DNA of 49,765 nt from Octopus bimaculoides (Eukaryota), in NCBI RefSeq assembly GCF_001194135.2, contig NC_068986.1:42871092-42920856 (forward strand), given 5' to 3'. Both the position numbers and the translations under genes were made by a program. The notes under the pieces were generated by a model. It saw only the letters and a program-made list of their open reading frames with translations, did not search any database and was not told the DNA's origin. Positions 27,074 through 40,733 of this stretch are shown piece by piece. Within the stretch, counting starts at the first letter, position 1, and every line of letters begins with the position of its first letter.

Positions 27074-29117
27074 TGTATCTGTGACTGGTGAAATATCACT
27101 ATTTCTGTAATCATATGTACTGGATGAAGGACCAGTTTTGTAAAGTAAACTGTAATTTTCTTATATTTCACCAACAATTTTCATCCATTCACATACTTCA
27201 CTGTCTTTGTATTTTTATACCTTTACATATACTTTCTCTATTTTTGAAATTATATTTATTTGTATTTTTATTCCATAACAGATTTGATCCTTAAAATGAA
27301 TCCAAAACTATTTTAGAACTTGTCATTTCAGTATCTAAAACAATGGCACCATTTGCCAATTTATATTGGTAAATGACTACAGAAATGCTACTTGTATTTA
27401 TTTTTGATCTATGCCTATGACAAAATGAACTTACCGATATTTAGATACCTCACCCATTGATTCATCACAATATTTCATTATTCTTAATCTTTATTCAACT
27501 TTAGAACAACAGAACCTAAAAGGGGCAAGAAACCCAAATAGTAGGACATTTTTTGTGCCAACTGGAATTGAACCTGTTTAACTTGTTTTTATATTTGTCT
27601 TCGTCTTTTTATGAAAATTATAAAAAATTTTTTTGTCTTATTGAAAGAACTGACCAGCTGTATAGATGTAAAAACAATTTTTTCTTCTTCCTTTTTTCCT
27701 TCTTTCTTTGCTTCTCCTTTCCATTGACACTCCACAGGCACACACACACACACACACACACGCACACATACGCACACACAAAAACACACCCACACTCTCT
27801 CACTGGACAATGATAATTTTTTGAAAAATAACATTTATCAAAACAAGATAGCCACCTGGTTTTGCTTTTTTAAAAGCCAAGAATCAACTTGTCATCTTCA
27901 TTGAAAGAACTGACGAGCTGTATAGATGTAAACACAATTTGTTTCTTCTTTCTATCTTCTTTTCTTTCCTTCTCTTTTCCATTGACACTCCTTTCAGATA
28001 TACAGGCACACACACACACACATACATACACACACACACAAAAACACACACACAAAAACATGCACACACACTCTCTCTCACTTTCTTCCCATTCTTTACC
28101 CTCTTTTACTATCCTATATATCTCTCTCCAAAAAAATTTTAATCTGAAGATTCTACTAGAATAGATGCAAGCGCTATTACATGATTTATAAAAACATGTG
28201 ACATATTAATAGAAATTTGTAAATGTACAACCATCCAGATCGCTGAGTACCTTATTATTACTTATATATATATATATATNNNNNNNNNNNNNNNNNNNNN
28301 NNNNNNNNNNNNNNNNNNNNNNNNNNNNNNNNNNNNNNNNNNNNNNNNNNNNNNNNNNNNNNNNNNNNNNNNNNNNNNNNNNNNNNNNNNNNNNNNNNNN
28401 NNNNNNNNNNNNNNNNNNNNNNNNNNNNNNNNNNNNNNNNNNNNNNNNNNNNNNNNNNNNNNNNNNNNNNNNNNNNNNNNNNNNNNNNNNNNNNNNNNNN
28501 NNNNNNNNNNNNNNNNNNNNNNNNNNNNNNNNNNNNNNNNNNNNNNNNNNNNNNNNNNNNNNNNNNNNNNNNNNNNNNNNNNNNNNNNNNNNNNNNNNNN
28601 NNNNNNNNNNNNNNNNNNNNNNNNNNNNNNNNNNNNNNNNNNNNNNNNNNNNNNNNNNNNNNNNNNNNNNNNNNNNNNNNNNNNNNNNNNNNNNNNNNNN
28701 NNNNNNNNNNNNNNNNNNNNNNNNNNNNNNNNNNNNNNNNNNNNNNNNNNNNNNNNNNNNNNNNNNNNNNNNNNNNNNNNNNNNNNNNNNNNNNNNNNNN
28801 NNNNNNNNNNNNNNNNNNNNNNNNNNNNNNNNNNNNNNNNNNNNNNNNNNNNNNNNNNNNNNNNNNNNNNNNNNNNNNNNNNNNNNNNNNNNNNNNNNNN
28901 NNNNNNNNNNNNNNNNNNNNNNNNNNNNNNNNNNNNNNNNNNNNNNNNNNNNNNNNNNNNNNNNNNNNNNNNNNNNNNNNNNNNNNNNNNNNNNNNNNNN
29001 NNNNNNNNNNNNNNNNNNNNNNNNNNNNNNNNNNNNNNNNNNNNNNNNNNNNNNNNNNNNNNNNNNNGTGTGTGTATGTATGTATGTATGTATATATGTT
29101 TATATATACAGAAAGAG

Positions 29118-29149
<32 letters not shown>

Positions 29150-32100
29150 CGAAATTAGGTTGTCGCATTTCAAAATGGGAAGGATACAAATACTTCTTTC
29201 GTTTTAGTTAATATTCCTTTCCACAAAATATTTCCCGTGATTATTGATAATATAATCAGATCTACTTAGCAATTTGTTAAAAGCTCAGGCGTAAAATTCC
29301 TCAAGTTTTGAAGTTTTAAAAAGCAAAGAAATATTCAGTTTTAGACTGTTCACTCTTTTTACTTTGCATAATTTTGCACACGGCTTAGAGCGTTACACAC
29401 ACACAAAATTGGAGCTTCATAACATTTTTTATTTATAGTAAGGCACTCATAAACACACGCAGGGACTCACATACACACACATGGACGATCTCTGCCACAC
29501 GGATACACGATGGTCATTTTCTCAATGCTACAATTTAAATGACGAAAACTTCAGTATGTAAATACTGAAGTTTACATTCTGTGCAATGAAAGAAACAGCT
29601 ACTAAATCTAGCAAATATTTGCAGGTTAAACCGAGTACGATGTAGAATTTGAGACTTTGATATATAATACATCAAATATTGGGCAGTGAACTGGCTGGCA
29701 GAATCGTGAGCATGCTGGATGAAATGCTTAGCGGCATTTCGTCCGTTTTCATGGAGTTGAAATTCCACTGAGGTCGACTTTGCCTGTCAACCTTTCGAGG
29801 TCGATAAAATATGTATCAATTAAGCACTGGTGTCGATGTGAGTAAATTAACCACTTCCCGTAAAATGCTGGTCTTTTGCTGAAATTCGAAACCGATATAC
29901 ATCAAATATAAAGAAAAAACTAAAAATTAAAATAAAGTTACATACGATAGACGAACTTACACTTATTGATGATATTGTTTTTATGACAAGAAAACTACAT
30001 TATTTAAATGTCGAAATTTCGTGTAAAAATTAATCTACAATTTCATTTTTTTGTACATTGTGTTTTACAGCTAAGCCATATTTTGTTTTACCATTAAAAC
30101 CACAGCATATCGATGTTGGTTCTCATCTAACTTGGCGTTGTGATGCCCGCGGACGCCCGAAAGTGACTTACAGTTGGTACAAAAATGGTGTACTTATAGA
30201 TGAAAAACGAGATAATGTTAAAATACAGGGAAATATGTTGATTATCAACGCTGCCGATAAAGATCTCCACAGTGGGATGTACCAATGTGGAGCTTCAAAT
30301 ACCTTTGGTATCACTTTCAGTGGTGCTCAATTGAGAGTTTTGGGTAAGACTAAATTTCATTTTTTCGTTTACTCTGTGTATTTTCATTTAAATAGGTATT
30401 AGGGGTTAAGTTAGTAATGGTGAATTAAACATATTTCCTTATAGAAAATTCATTGATAATTCATTTTTTATGATTAAATTTGTTTTTCTGACATGATGTA
30501 GAAAAGCAATAAAGCTGTAATATCAACTGCAATAATTTCAAGATAGTTAATCAAATTTGCGGCTTTCTGTGTCATTATTCGGAGGAAATAGAATCTAGAC
30601 GATTCTTGTAAAGATAACTTGAATGATATCTTACTTAATTAAGCGATATATCATGTCATTCAATATTGTATGAGAACATTCTATTCAAAATAAAATGACG
30701 TACACTTCATATATGATGTAGCACTACATACATTGTATTAAATCATGTAATGTTACATAATTCTGTATCACAATATCAGTCATGCTCTGAAAATAGCAGC
30801 CAAATCATCCTCAAATCACACACTTACTGCCTGCTAAAAGAGAAAGGTATTGTAAACTAATGTACCCATCTCTCCATCCATCTATCCACTTTCATCTCTT
30901 ATTTCTGGAAGGGTCATTGGAGTAGAATACTCAGGTAGCTCCTTCACGGGGTCTTATCAGAATCAACCGTCATTAAACATTCCTGCTGGATTCCCAAGCA
31001 TGACCTACTGAGACTATGGATATTATCCAACCATATCTTTCTTGGACTACTAGGTTTCCTGCCGTTTCTCTCAGCCTGAAGAATCTGTCTTGCGATACTT
31101 ACCTGCGACGTTCCTGCTTTGGCTGTCTTACATATCCTACAAAAAGTTAAGAACATCCCTGTCTGAATGTCGAGACATAGCATGGTCAAATAATTTAGTA
31201 GTTTCTTTTGCAATCACCGACTGTTAGGTACGATCCTACTGTGGAGCCTTTTGGTCAGGCGTATTTTACAATAGCCTCAGTTCAGTCCAATCCTTGTGAG
31301 TTTCGACGGAATAAAACTGAGGAAGTTCGTCGACTGAAGTGTACATGTAATTTAACGATGCTGACTTGTTACACTGCGCAGGTAGTTCCATCTAAAAATT
31401 ACGTTAAGGCACACTTCATTGTACAATGTTCAGCAACTTAGATGCGAATGCAATGAGCAAACAGCTTTATTGATCAAATAACTGAATACTCTTCGTCGTC
31501 AATGACGGAGGCACATTAACTTCTCCCACTAAGTCACCATTACTTATATCAAGCCAAACCCTTTTTCGATAAAATATGGAAATAAATGTATGAAAATGTA
31601 TTGTGGTGACGTTAATTGTCTTTCTCTGCCCCTCTCTCTCCCCATGTATATATGTGTGTGTGTGTGTATGTATGTGTGTGTGTGTGTCTGCTTGGGTAGA
31701 TAGTTTGGAATAGCTCCAAGAGACTCTGGATTCGACACCAATGCGTAGCATGTTTCACAAATGCCTATAACGTAACATCGGGTGGATGTGAATAGTGTTT
31801 ATGATATTGGCTAGAAGGAAACTATGCAGAACTCCGATTGCTGGATTATGTCTGTAATTCAAAGTACCTGACTTATAACGTTTGTATCACGTTGATTCCA
31901 CACGCAAACTACCATATGGGTAAACTGCTTCAAAAATACTGAGTTCTTTCACATACCAATTCCTCGTGTAGGTGTTGATTGAATATTTGGACGTTCATGA
32001 GGTGAATTCTACAGGAGAGCCCTTCACATACACACACATTTATATATATCCCTTCATAAATACACCAGAATGTAGCTCCCCACATCTGCATTCGAAGGGT

Positions 32101-35100
32101 TCTATATTCCTGTTTGCTTACTGTCAAATTGTTTCTCCTCCTTAGATATTTTGTCCAGGAAAGGATCACACACTTCACTGCAATCCTAAATGTCAATCTT
32201 CTGTACAGAGTGTTATGTACAGAGCCTTGCAATTCTTGGTTTTGTTTACTTTCTAGATGATTCTATTTTTTTTTTCTTTTTTGGTCTATTGGGCAACTTC
32301 AAATAACTTAGAAGTGTCAATGAGGACTGTCGCTCTCTCTGGTTTTCTCCCGCCTGTTCTTTTTCTTGATCTAATTTCACAAAAGGATCTCCAATGTTAA
32401 GAGACATAATCTAGATGCAGGGGAATCCACAACAATCATTAAAGAACGATCTCAAACATGGGCAGAGAAAAGGTCATCAGTGAAGATTTTTCTCAAGTGT
32501 ACCTGGTAAACGGTTTCTCAGAAACCTGACTGAATGTCCATAGAAAACAGTTCAAAGGAAAAGATTCTGAAATATTCCAGGAATTACAAATATATGCATC
32601 CTTATTTCTCCTTATTTTCTTTCGTCTTCAGGTCAGCATCAGCGTTATACTTGTTTTTGAAAGGTCCCAAAACAGCTCTATGAAAAGGTTGCATCTTGTG
32701 TGAGGAAGTGACAGCAATAGTATTCCATGTTCTCAGACATACTGAAAGACCTTCATGTCAATGTAACTACCGTGATATTCAAGTGTCAATAGCATTTCTT
32801 TCTGGTGTGCAGTAATGTGCATAACAAAATGATTAATGAAAGGGGAAAAAGTTTTATTGCTCCATCATCTCTGAGGAATGTGTTACACCGAGAGAACTCG
32901 ATGCTGCAATCAAAGGAACACAAATGTAGGAAGAACAGTCGTTGATGTAGCATGGGTTGCATAGTAAATAGTTTCAAATTAACCTCATACTTCTAATACT
33001 GTGGCTTCAAAAACTTTGGCTTTTATCTTTAAGTTATGAATGTTTCCAATTTGTTCTCACTGTCGTATATTTACTTCCGTCGAGATTCCAGGTATTGTCT
33101 AGTGTGAATTTCTATCTCTCAAGAAGTTTCATAGTTGCAGAAAGTGTCACGTTATGATGTATGTAGCTGGCTGCACAACACAGGGATGAAACCTCAGATT
33201 TTTCAATGAAATGTTCTTATCCTTTTTGAGGAGATGATGAGCCAAATTTTTGCCTGCACTTTCACGGAAAAAGCATAAAGCAGTCAGTGTAGCATGGCTT
33301 GACAAGGGCGAATCTTTTAGACAAAGACACAATTCAGGAGATAGGCTTCCATACAGTTTCGTCTATCCAATATCACAAAGCATAGGATGATTGAAGTTAC
33401 ATAATAATGACACTTGCCAAAGGTACTACCCAGTGGGATCGAACTCAAGAACTCATGATCGCGAAGCAAACTTATTTACCATTCAGCCACACAGAACCTT
33501 TGTATATGCGTGTACTTGTGTGTGGGTGGGTGTTTTCGTGTGTACAGATATGTATGTTTGAGTATAAATGTAAACATGTAAGATGCATGTGTATAAATGT
33601 ATGGATGTATGCAAATTGCATAATTCGGTGATTTACATAACCTTTCCAAACAGTAAATTGTTTACCATTCAATCTATAGAAAAATTGTTCCATTAATTGC
33701 ATATGTATATTATGTCAATTACGTTTGACTGCATAAATTATGTCCGATTTTCAGTGAAAGCAAATGGTAAAAGGTTACTCAACATCTATTTGGCTTGACA
33801 TATATAAAATGAATTAAAGACGATCGAAGTTCAGATTCCTATCCCTCCCTCCCTCCATCCATCCTACATTCATACATACATACTGACAGACAGACGGACA
33901 TTCAGATATACAAACATATATACATACATATGAAATTTGTGTATGTCTTAACTCCATTTTTCCAGCGTTCAAACCAACTTTTATAAGATCTCGTCAATCT
34001 AAGACTATGTCTGGAGCACTTATGGGAAATGTGTCACTTATATGTGATCCGGAAAGTGCTCCTGAGGCTGTAATTACGTGGTCAAAAGATGGGGCAGAAC
34101 TGAATCTTGATGTGTCTGCCAACGAAAATGTTCATTTGCGCTTACTTACTAATGGAAATCTTTTCCTAAACAATATTAATGCCAATGATGCCGGCAACTA
34201 CTCTTGCAAAGCTAGCAACACACTGGGAGAAGCAACATTTACAATACATTTCAGAGTAACGGGTGAGTATTTTCTTATAAAACTACTTTTTCGTTTTCTG
34301 TTGGCTATAGATTTAATGAGCATTGTAGAAATTTTGTATTCTTGAATCATAATTGAAATTGAATAATTGAAAATCAAAATAAAGATTAAACAGTAACGTT
34401 AATGTTATTACCCACGAAAGAATTGCCAGTCTACATTTTTACTCACACGATAGAATATGATAATTTTATCAAAGGAATTGTTTTCCTTGTGATCATGTTT
34501 GTTGCAGCTGTGTATCTTAAACGATTTATATCGAATATATGTACAGCGCCTCCATCCATTGTTTTGTTTCGGTTAAAAAAAAGATCCTTTTTATGAAAGC
34601 GAGTATTATTAACATAACTATAAGTTCTTCTTCTTCTTCTTCTTCTTCTTCTTCTTCTTCTTCTTCTTCTTCTTCTTCTTCTTCTTCTTCTTCTTCTTCT
34701 TCTTCTTCTTCTTCTTCTTCTTCTTCTTCTTCTTCTTCTTCTTCTTCTTCTTCTTCTTCTGCTGCTGCTGCTTCTTCTTCTCCTACAATTGTAGCATTAA
34801 CTTCAATTACGTAAGCAAAAGTTCTTACATACATACGTTATTATAGGCAGACTTTTAAAAGCAGACGCAAAAGAATAGTAATAATAGAAATCAGAGCTTC
34901 AGATTTAAACATTTACCAATAAGAAATCGTAGTCACAAGAAGGACCAGGAGCGGAGGATATGACCATTCAGATTAGTAGAGAAGACAGTTAACAAAGTCA
35001 GTAAACCTTTTGTTTATTTTGTGAAACAGACATAGGTCTCTCATAATGTAATATTGTGAAAAAGTTTATGTAACGTAATCTGCTTGCTTCCTTTCCTGAA

Positions 35101-38100
35101 AATTTTATTTAAGAAACCGTAAGAGAAAAATGACATAATTCTGGAGTTAGTAATTGTGTCCACAAAGTAGCAGTTAAAAGTTCTGACCGTTGTATGAAAT
35201 ATTGTTATTTCCTGCGCCTAGAGAATGGCATTGTCACTATATCACTGCTTTTCATGACAGATGTAGACAGATGAATGCAGGTATGGTATACCACAAACAC
35301 CTGCCGACAAAACTGTATTATAATATAAGGGGCGGAAAAATACATGTCACATCCAACATTATTGGCAGTGATATTGGCACTAGACTTGCCATCACCTGTT
35401 TGGAACAGTATGGATTCATATAGTCTAGCGAGGGGACCAAAAATGACTAGTGGTCGGATGGGTCTAACTGAACATGCAGTTTCTGATAGCTTTTTTCGAA
35501 GATTACAGAACTATTTGGGAGACGTACTCTATCGCTGGGGGGCATAAACCAATGAAATTGGCTGTACAGAGCAGAAAGATCCGCTGTCATCTGTGTGGCA
35601 GTAAGAGCCGTTTGAGGTTTTGCACTCTGCAGATCTGGAAGGGCAGAAGAAGAGGGAGTGATAACATTGCTGAGAAAGGAACATAACAAGGGGATCTACA
35701 GCCATTTTTAACTTGTAGAAGGACAGGTCTCTGTTCACGGAAATAATGTCAGTTAATATGGATGTGAGGTGGTGTTGATGCACGTTATTGAAGTCGTTCT
35801 TAGGATTTTTTGTGTCTTCAGTGTTTGGTAGAAGGTATGTTGTTCCTTCAGTCAGCCAGGCAGGTATTTGCTCTAGGTTCTGGATGACATCAGTCAGAGA
35901 TGCTGCTAAAATTTGGTGTATTTCTATCAGACAATTTAACCAGAAGTTGGGAATTCGGTCCAGTCCTGGAGTTTTCCATTTCTGAGACTTCCTTAGAACA
36001 CATTTTAGCTCTTCTATTCCTATTGCCTGCCATTTCTGCTCTTCAACTTCTTCCAGTCTCACTTTCTCATGCTCTATCCAGTCAGCTTTAGCATCATATT
36101 CCTTTTTGCTGCTCCATATCTTCTTCCAGAACTCTTTCATTTCTGCAGTCTTGGGTGGCTTCTTTACTTCTATCATACTTTTGCCTATTTTCCAATAAAA
36201 TTTCTTTGCATCCGTCTTGAATATCTTGTTTTGTTGATAAACTTTGATTCTTTTATAATACTTTCTTAGGCTTTCAGTTGTATTCATTGTTTCACTTGTT
36301 CCTTGGTTGTAGCGAGTTTTATAAAATCTTTCATTTTATATTTTTGCTTGATTTTCCTAGCTCGTTTCGTCTTAACATTTACTCATCTAGCATGTTCATC
36401 GAGAACTGATACATCCGTCCTCAGAGATCTGACCTCTTTTTTGTATTGCTACTTTCCACTTAGGAGGTCTATTTACATGGTTGGTCCTTTTCTGTGTCAT
36501 CCTGATACTTAGTTGAGCAGTTACAACTTTAGTAGTGGAATAAATGAGGTTATCTAAGGTTGTTAGGTCATTTCCCTTATTACTTAAGATCTGTCTATGA
36601 GCAACATTATATATCATGATTATGTTGTTGTTTTTTATGCTGTTTGAGAACTTTGCCAGTGGTTCACTATTGATGATATCAGTAGACTCATTCTTGCTGA
36701 GTTCTCTGATGATATCTTCTTTTGCTTCATGATCTTCTCTTTATTATTCACCTCAAATTCCGTGTCATACATTTTCTGGTGTTCTTGAAGTAGGTCTACT
36801 TTCTCCTCTTTTTCCGCGTATCTGTTTTTCGCTATTCTTTTTTCAGCTTCCTCATTGGGATACATTACTCGTACACTGGGTTCTGTGCATTTGTTACCTA
36901 TTTCATCTGCATTGTTGCTGTTCTTATTTCGCCTACCATGAGATATTTGTGTCCTAATTTGGCTAATTGCAGCGTCAGTCAAATTTTTATTCTTCATGAT
37001 GTCTCTACGTACGTTACTTAGTTCATTTGCATGTATATATCTGCGTATTTCAATGCCTACTAAGTTTCTCCGTGAAATGTAAGTTTGAACTATGAGGTTA
37101 TTGTTTAGGTTTAGTTGGGCTGTATAGAAAGCTTTCATTACATCTTTATAATCCTCTCTAGTCCATTTTATGCGTTTTGCTTAAGGTGATGCTTTTGGTG
37201 GTGTCACTACAGGCCTATGGTCAGGGTTATCCTGGATTTGGTTACCTAGTAGATGTTCTTTTAGAGAGTTTGTTCCAGCAGCAGACTTTTCGATCCCAGT
37301 CTTGTTCCCCACTGAGTAACGCGGTCCTTGTTGTCCTGGGGGGTGACAGATCCGGCGTGAGTTTTGGCTTGTCATTAAGGCATTGACAGTGGCAATAAGA
37401 GACGGGTCTGTTTGCTTAGAGTTGACTTTTTGAACTGCCACCACTTCCTTGTTCTTCAAATGGATATATTTATATTGTAGGCTGATAGATCAAAAATCGT
37501 CTCTATGCTTTTTGGTAGCCATGTTTCCCAGCATAACCGTTTGAGTGAACAATTTGCTCCCTTTCTCTATTCGATTGTGGGAAGTCGCTTTGTTTTTGTT
37601 TGTGATCGGTACGGCGTCGCTCGTGACACGTGTTTTCTCTTTTATTTTCTGTATGTGTATGTGTGTGCTGTGTAGGCATTGTTTCTGTTGTTATAGACAG
37701 TTGCATTGCATGTATAGGTAATTATTCAAATTACGTAGTTATTGTGTAAGTGGTGTTTATCTAGATTTCCTGGTGCTAGATTCGACCACTCGCGCATGTT
37801 GCATTGAGATACCGTGCATTTAAGAAAGAAACTACCCTTTATGTGAGAAAAGTCTTTCCGGCTTTTTAGTTCCTCTACTTTAACTGAACCCCTCCTACAT
37901 TTGTATTGCGAAGCTTTCCTTCCATCGCACCAATGTTATTGGATTGAGTTTGTTTTGTAGAGAGAGCTCCTTAGCGTACGTTCATGTTGTTGTTATTATT
38001 ATTAGTGATGGGGCACGGCCTAGTTATGAAGGTGTTGCACTCACGATCGCGAGATCGTGGTTTCAATCCCTAGACCGGGAGGTGCGCTGTGTTCTTGAGC

Positions 38101-40348
38101 AAAACACTTCATCAGCCGTTGCTCTGCGATCACTTCGACACCTGACTCATGGTACACTACACTACACACCTCTTCACACAACGTCGATTTGACAGTGAGT
38201 TAATGTACAGCACATATATTTGATCACTACAAACAAACAATTCATACTGGTCGGTCAGCAAAAGCTGAACACTCATACGTTACCATCGACGGGAGGGTCC
38301 ATCGTTATTATCAGTAGTAGTATTATTATTAGTAGTAGTAGTAGTAGTTACGTTTTTATCCGAGTTTCCACAATAATATCAGGTGTATCTGTGTTCCCAA
38401 ACTATGTGCTGTATTGACTTTTGAGGATAGTGATAGCGTGATTGCGTTAAATATATACACTGTTGGTTGTGTATTAGTAATTACATAACCTATCTCTTTA
38501 GAATGTGTCTGGTATTAGTTGTTGGTGCTCTCCACAAAAATTTAGGGCCTTGTGCTGGTTTTAAAAAGAAATATATAGCAGATACAAAAAAAAAACCCAA
38601 ATATTGCTATAATAACCACCAACTAGAAACTGTAAAGACATTGTAGTAGATAAAAGAAATTAAATATGTAATTTCTATGCACTTTCTTCCTCGTGCTTCT
38701 TAATTTCAAATTGAAATTTCTAATACCGCCTCGTGTTATGACAGGATACTTATCTCCCTTGCATCAATGGCCAAAGCCAGAGGGCACCACATGTATGGGA
38801 TATTATGTTACTGAATCACTATTGGTGGAATATGAAATGCAAATATTACTGTATCGAAATATGTAACATACGGCACTAATGCCTTGATAACATTCCCAAA
38901 TACTTCCATCACCACAAAAATAAATTCTGATATTGCCAAATGATATTCATTATCAATAACTCATGTATTTCAAAGGTCATTGATACAGCTATGAATGATA
39001 GCCAGGGTACTGGATGGGTTCCATGTACAGTTATCTACAACACAATCTCAGCCTACAAGGTCATCCCCGCACTTTTTTTCGCTTGGCAGAAAAACAATTT
39101 CCTGAATCTTCCTAAATCAGGATAAAATCAGGCTTTTCTTCTTCATTAATTTTGTCTAACTCTGAGGTGAACATTTTTCACTTTTGCTGTTTGAACTGAA
39201 AAACAAAATGTAAATTACTAAACTAAATTAATTATTTACGTTTGTATAATGTACTACTATTTATGAAAATTTATTTGTAATGAAGTACTGCTACTTCACT
39301 CAATCCTGAACATTCTCGAATCAAAACTTGTTTAATTTCCTTCTTAAGTAAAGATTCATATTACCTTATATTGCGCATCAATGTATAATTACATGTAACA
39401 AAAACTTTTGCTTAATGAACTATGCAAAAATTCATGTCATAGATAACATTAGATATATATTTGTCACGAGACAGGGAAATGTATTGCATAGGTAGTCATT
39501 TCTAAAACTTGATTCGTGAAAATTATTTCGCTGCAGCTAAAACATAATATAAAACATTTCTAAATAGTATTTGTTAATTGTTATTCTTTGCTTCTTTTCC
39601 CAAGAAACGACAGAAATTGCATCGTACTATACATGCATTAACAATTCCAATTTGTTTCAGCATTAGATAAAAATTTCAATTTTTGTTTCCTTTTTTATCT
39701 CATATTGTGATCTAACCATCGTGGATTGGGGTTTACTACTATCGTAAAAATTAATCGGGATTCTCTAAAAATCTATATGGCATGAAATATGTTTCTGACA
39801 ATTTTATAACATTCTTTTGTCTTTCGAGTATTAAATATATTTCACGCAATTAATAGATAATTTTCATAAATATTAGCTTAAAAGATTAGCTTAAAATACA
39901 CTTTCAGAAAAAGTTATTAAACGGAGAATGAAATCTGAAAAAGGATTCTAAACGATTATATTTCACCGATTGGTTAGAAACATGATCGTACTTTAAAACT
40001 TGTAGATATACCCGACCTTGCTTGGGATTAAAACAGGATAGTTTTTTTATTGTTTTATTTGTTTCAGTCATGCGACGAGGGCCATACTGGAGAACCACTA
40101 TTGGTCGAACTAATGGACCACACGATCTATTCTTTCTAAGCCTAGTACTTATTTTATCTGTCTCATTTGATGAACCGCTAAGATATGGGAGCGTAACCAC
40201 AGCAACATCGGTTGTCAAGCAATGGAGGGGATACAAACACAAACAGATACACACACCACACACATACACAAATATACACATATATATGACAGTCTTCTCT
40301 CAATTTCCGTATACGAGATCCACTTACAAGGCTTTGGTCGATCTGAGG

Positions 40349-40387
<39 letters not shown>

Positions 40388-40694
40388 AGAATTCACAAAA
40401 AAAAAATAAGACGAAGACAGGTGGTGTAAGCAACAAAAATATGTATTAGTTTAACGTTCAGTAAGTGAAAAAATCTTTAACGTTTCGAGCCTACGCTCTT
40501 CCACAGAAAGGGACAAAGAAGGAAGAAGAGTTTAGAAGATACAAAAAGGTTAAGAAAACTTCAAAGGGTTCAAAAGCTTCAAACGTCGTGGTGTATTGGA
40601 GCGATTTCTCATCAACAGAAGAGTGTAATCCATGGGTAGGAGAGGTGCAGATGAAGTGTGTGAGAGTAGAAAGTACAGGTATAGAAACCAGGTA

Positions 40695-40733
<39 letters not shown>

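Noticed and set aside
35100-35690. Possible DD37D/Tc1-like remnant (DPLSSVWQ)
   Set aside because: Similarity too faint to call without a search.
38700-39130. Complex-looking segment after a GACAG acceptor-like site as a cryptic exon
   Set aside because: All three frames stop within about 45 codons and no domain motif or good donor was seen.
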